Both the position numbers and the translations under genes were made by a program. 64,000 nt of DNA from Eledone cirrhosa (taxonomy: Eukaryota), in the NCBI GenBank assembly GCA_964016885.1, contig OZ024740.1, positions 431,458,001-431,522,000 of the forward strand, written 5' to 3'. Below the pieces are notes generated by a model. It saw only the letters and a program-made list of their open reading frames with translations, searched no databases and was not told where the DNA came from. Shown piece after piece: positions 62,511 to 64,000 of the stretch; the stretch's first letter is position 1; every line of letters begins with the position of its first letter.

Positions 62511-64000
62511 ATCTCAGGAGTAGGTTGTGGTGTTGAACTTTGTTAAAGACATCCCAGAAGTAGGTTGTGGTGTTGAACTCTGTTAAAGACATCCCAGGAG
62601 TAGGTTATGGTGATTAACTTTGTTAAAGAGATCCCAGAAGTAGGTTGTTGTATTGAACTCTGTTAAAGTCATCCCAGAAGTAGGTTGTGGTATTAAACTG
62701 TGTTAAAGACATCCCAGAAGTAGGTTGTGGTATTGAACTCTGTTAAAGACATCCCAGAAGTAGGCTGTGGTGTTGAACTCTGTGAACGACATCCCAGGAC
62801 CAGGTTGTGGTGTTGAACACTGTTAAAGAGATCCCAGAAGTAGGTTGTGGTGTTGAACTCTGTTAAAGACATCCCAGGAGTATGTTGTGGTGTTGAACTT
62901 TGTTAAAGAGATCCCAGCAGTAGGTTGTGGTGTTGAACTCTGTTAAAGACATCCCAGAAGTAGGTTGTGGTGTTGAACTCTGTTAAAGACATCCCAGGAG
63001 TAGGTTGTGGTGTTGAACTTTGTTAAAGACATCCCAGCAGTAGGTTGTGGTGTTGAACTCTGTTATAGACATCCCAGAAGTAGGTTGTGGTTTTGAACTT
63101 GGTTAAAGACATCCCAGAAGTAGGTTGTGGTGTTGAACTCTGTTAAAGACATCCCAGGTGTAGGTTGTGGTATTGAACTCTGTTAAAGACATACCAGAAA
63201 TAGGTTGTGGTGTTGAACTCTGTTAAAGACATCCCAGGAGTAGGTTGTGGTGTTGAACTCTGTTATAGACATCCCAGAAGTAGGTTGTGGTGTTGAATTT
63301 TGTTAAAGACATCCCAGGCGTAGGTTGTGGTGTTGAACTCTGTTAAAGACATCCCAGGAGTAGGTTGTAGTATTGAACTCTGTTAAAGACATCCCAGTTG
63401 TAGGTTGTGGTGTTGAACTCTGTTAAAGACATCCCAGGAGTAGGTTATGGTGATGAACTTTGTTAAAGAGATCCCAGAAGTAGGTTGTTGTATTGAACTC
63501 TGTTAAAGTCATCCCAGAAGTAGGTTGTGGTATTAAACTCTGTTAAAGACATCCCAGAAGTAGGTTTTGGTATTGAACTCTGTTAAAGACATCCCAGAAG
63601 TAAGCTGTGGTGTTGAACTCTGTTAAAGATATCCCATTAGTAGTTTGTGGTGTTGAACTCTATTAAAGACATCCCAGAAGTAGGTTGTGGTGTTGAACTC
63701 TGTTAAAGACATCCTAGAAGTAGGTTGTGTTATTGAATTCTGTTAAAGACATCCCAGGAGTAGGTTGTGGTATTGAACTCTGTAAAAGACATCCAAGGAG
63801 TAGCTTGTGGTGTTGAACTCTGTTAAAGACATCCCAGAAGTAGGTTGTGGTATTGAACTCTGTTAAAGACATCCCAGAAGTAGGTTGTGGTATTGAACTC
63901 TGTTAAAGACATCTCAGGGGTAGGTTGTGGTGTTGAACTCTGTTAAAGACATCCCAGGAGTAGGTTGTGGTGTTGAACTCTGTTAAAGACATCCCAGGAG

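Larger units (their letters stand above)
1..64000. repeat. 40-bp tandem satellite array, about 1600 monomers, head-to-tail, running off both window edges
   Basis: The unit GTTAAAGACATCCCAG(A/G)AGTAGGTTGTGGT(G/A)TTGAACTCT recurs every 40 bp from base 1 to 64000. I saw no non-repeat insertion and no inversion. Most monomers differ from consensus by 0-3 substitutions. Confidence 0.99.

Noticed and set aside
1-64000. CRISPR array (unit about repeat-sized; GTT... and ...ATTGAAC resemble CRISPR repeat ends)
   Set aside because: There are no unique spacers between repeats, as units abut directly and variation is only point substitution. No leader or cas genes are present in the window.
1-64000. Variant cassette library (diversity-generating, antigenic-variation or guide-RNA-like array)
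   Set aside because: Variation is 0-5 scattered substitutions inherited in blocks through duplication. There is no hypervariable slot, adenine-specific mutagenesis, or associated reverse transcriptase or recombinase gene in the window.
1-64000. Telomeric repeat or G-quadruplex array (TAGG and GGTTGTGG motifs)
   Set aside because: There are no tandem canonical telomere units and the consensus has only GG doublets, with no GGG runs on the G-rich strand. Ordered multi-kb higher-order structure argues for recombinational rather than telomerase origin.
1-64000. Transposon insertion, inversion or unique island hidden in the array
   Set aside because: Monomer phase can be followed continuously across the window. 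The indel tally (+33, -12) equals the observed 21-bp phase shift, and I saw no foreign or reverse-orientation segment.

Overview
The whole 64-kb window is one uninterrupted head-to-tail tandem array (satellite DNA) of a 40-bp monomer, consensus GTTAAAGACATCCCAG(A/G)AGTAGGTTGTGGT(G/A)TTGAACTCT (about 42% GC, no CpG in the consensus), all in one orientation. By manual phase tracking it holds about 1599 complete monomers plus a partial one. I found 33 copies of a 41-bp variant, three 39-bp monomers and three 37-bp monomers; the net +21 bp matches the phase shift between the first and last monomer. I see no credible genes, RNA genes, transposons or CRISPR spacers, and all ORFs in the track are by-products of the repeat. 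The informative structure is the order of monomer variants. It shows an old higher-order cycle of about 42-44 monomers (about 1.7 kb), overwritten by nested and overlapping near-identical in-register duplications (0.36-4.8 kb), and two domains with different variant sets that meet at about 34 kb. The organism and chromosomal context cannot be determined from this window; a eukaryotic heterochromatic, centromeric or subtelomeric satellite is an inference. I could not support any novel protein-coding system. All counts were made by eye and should be confirmed computationally.
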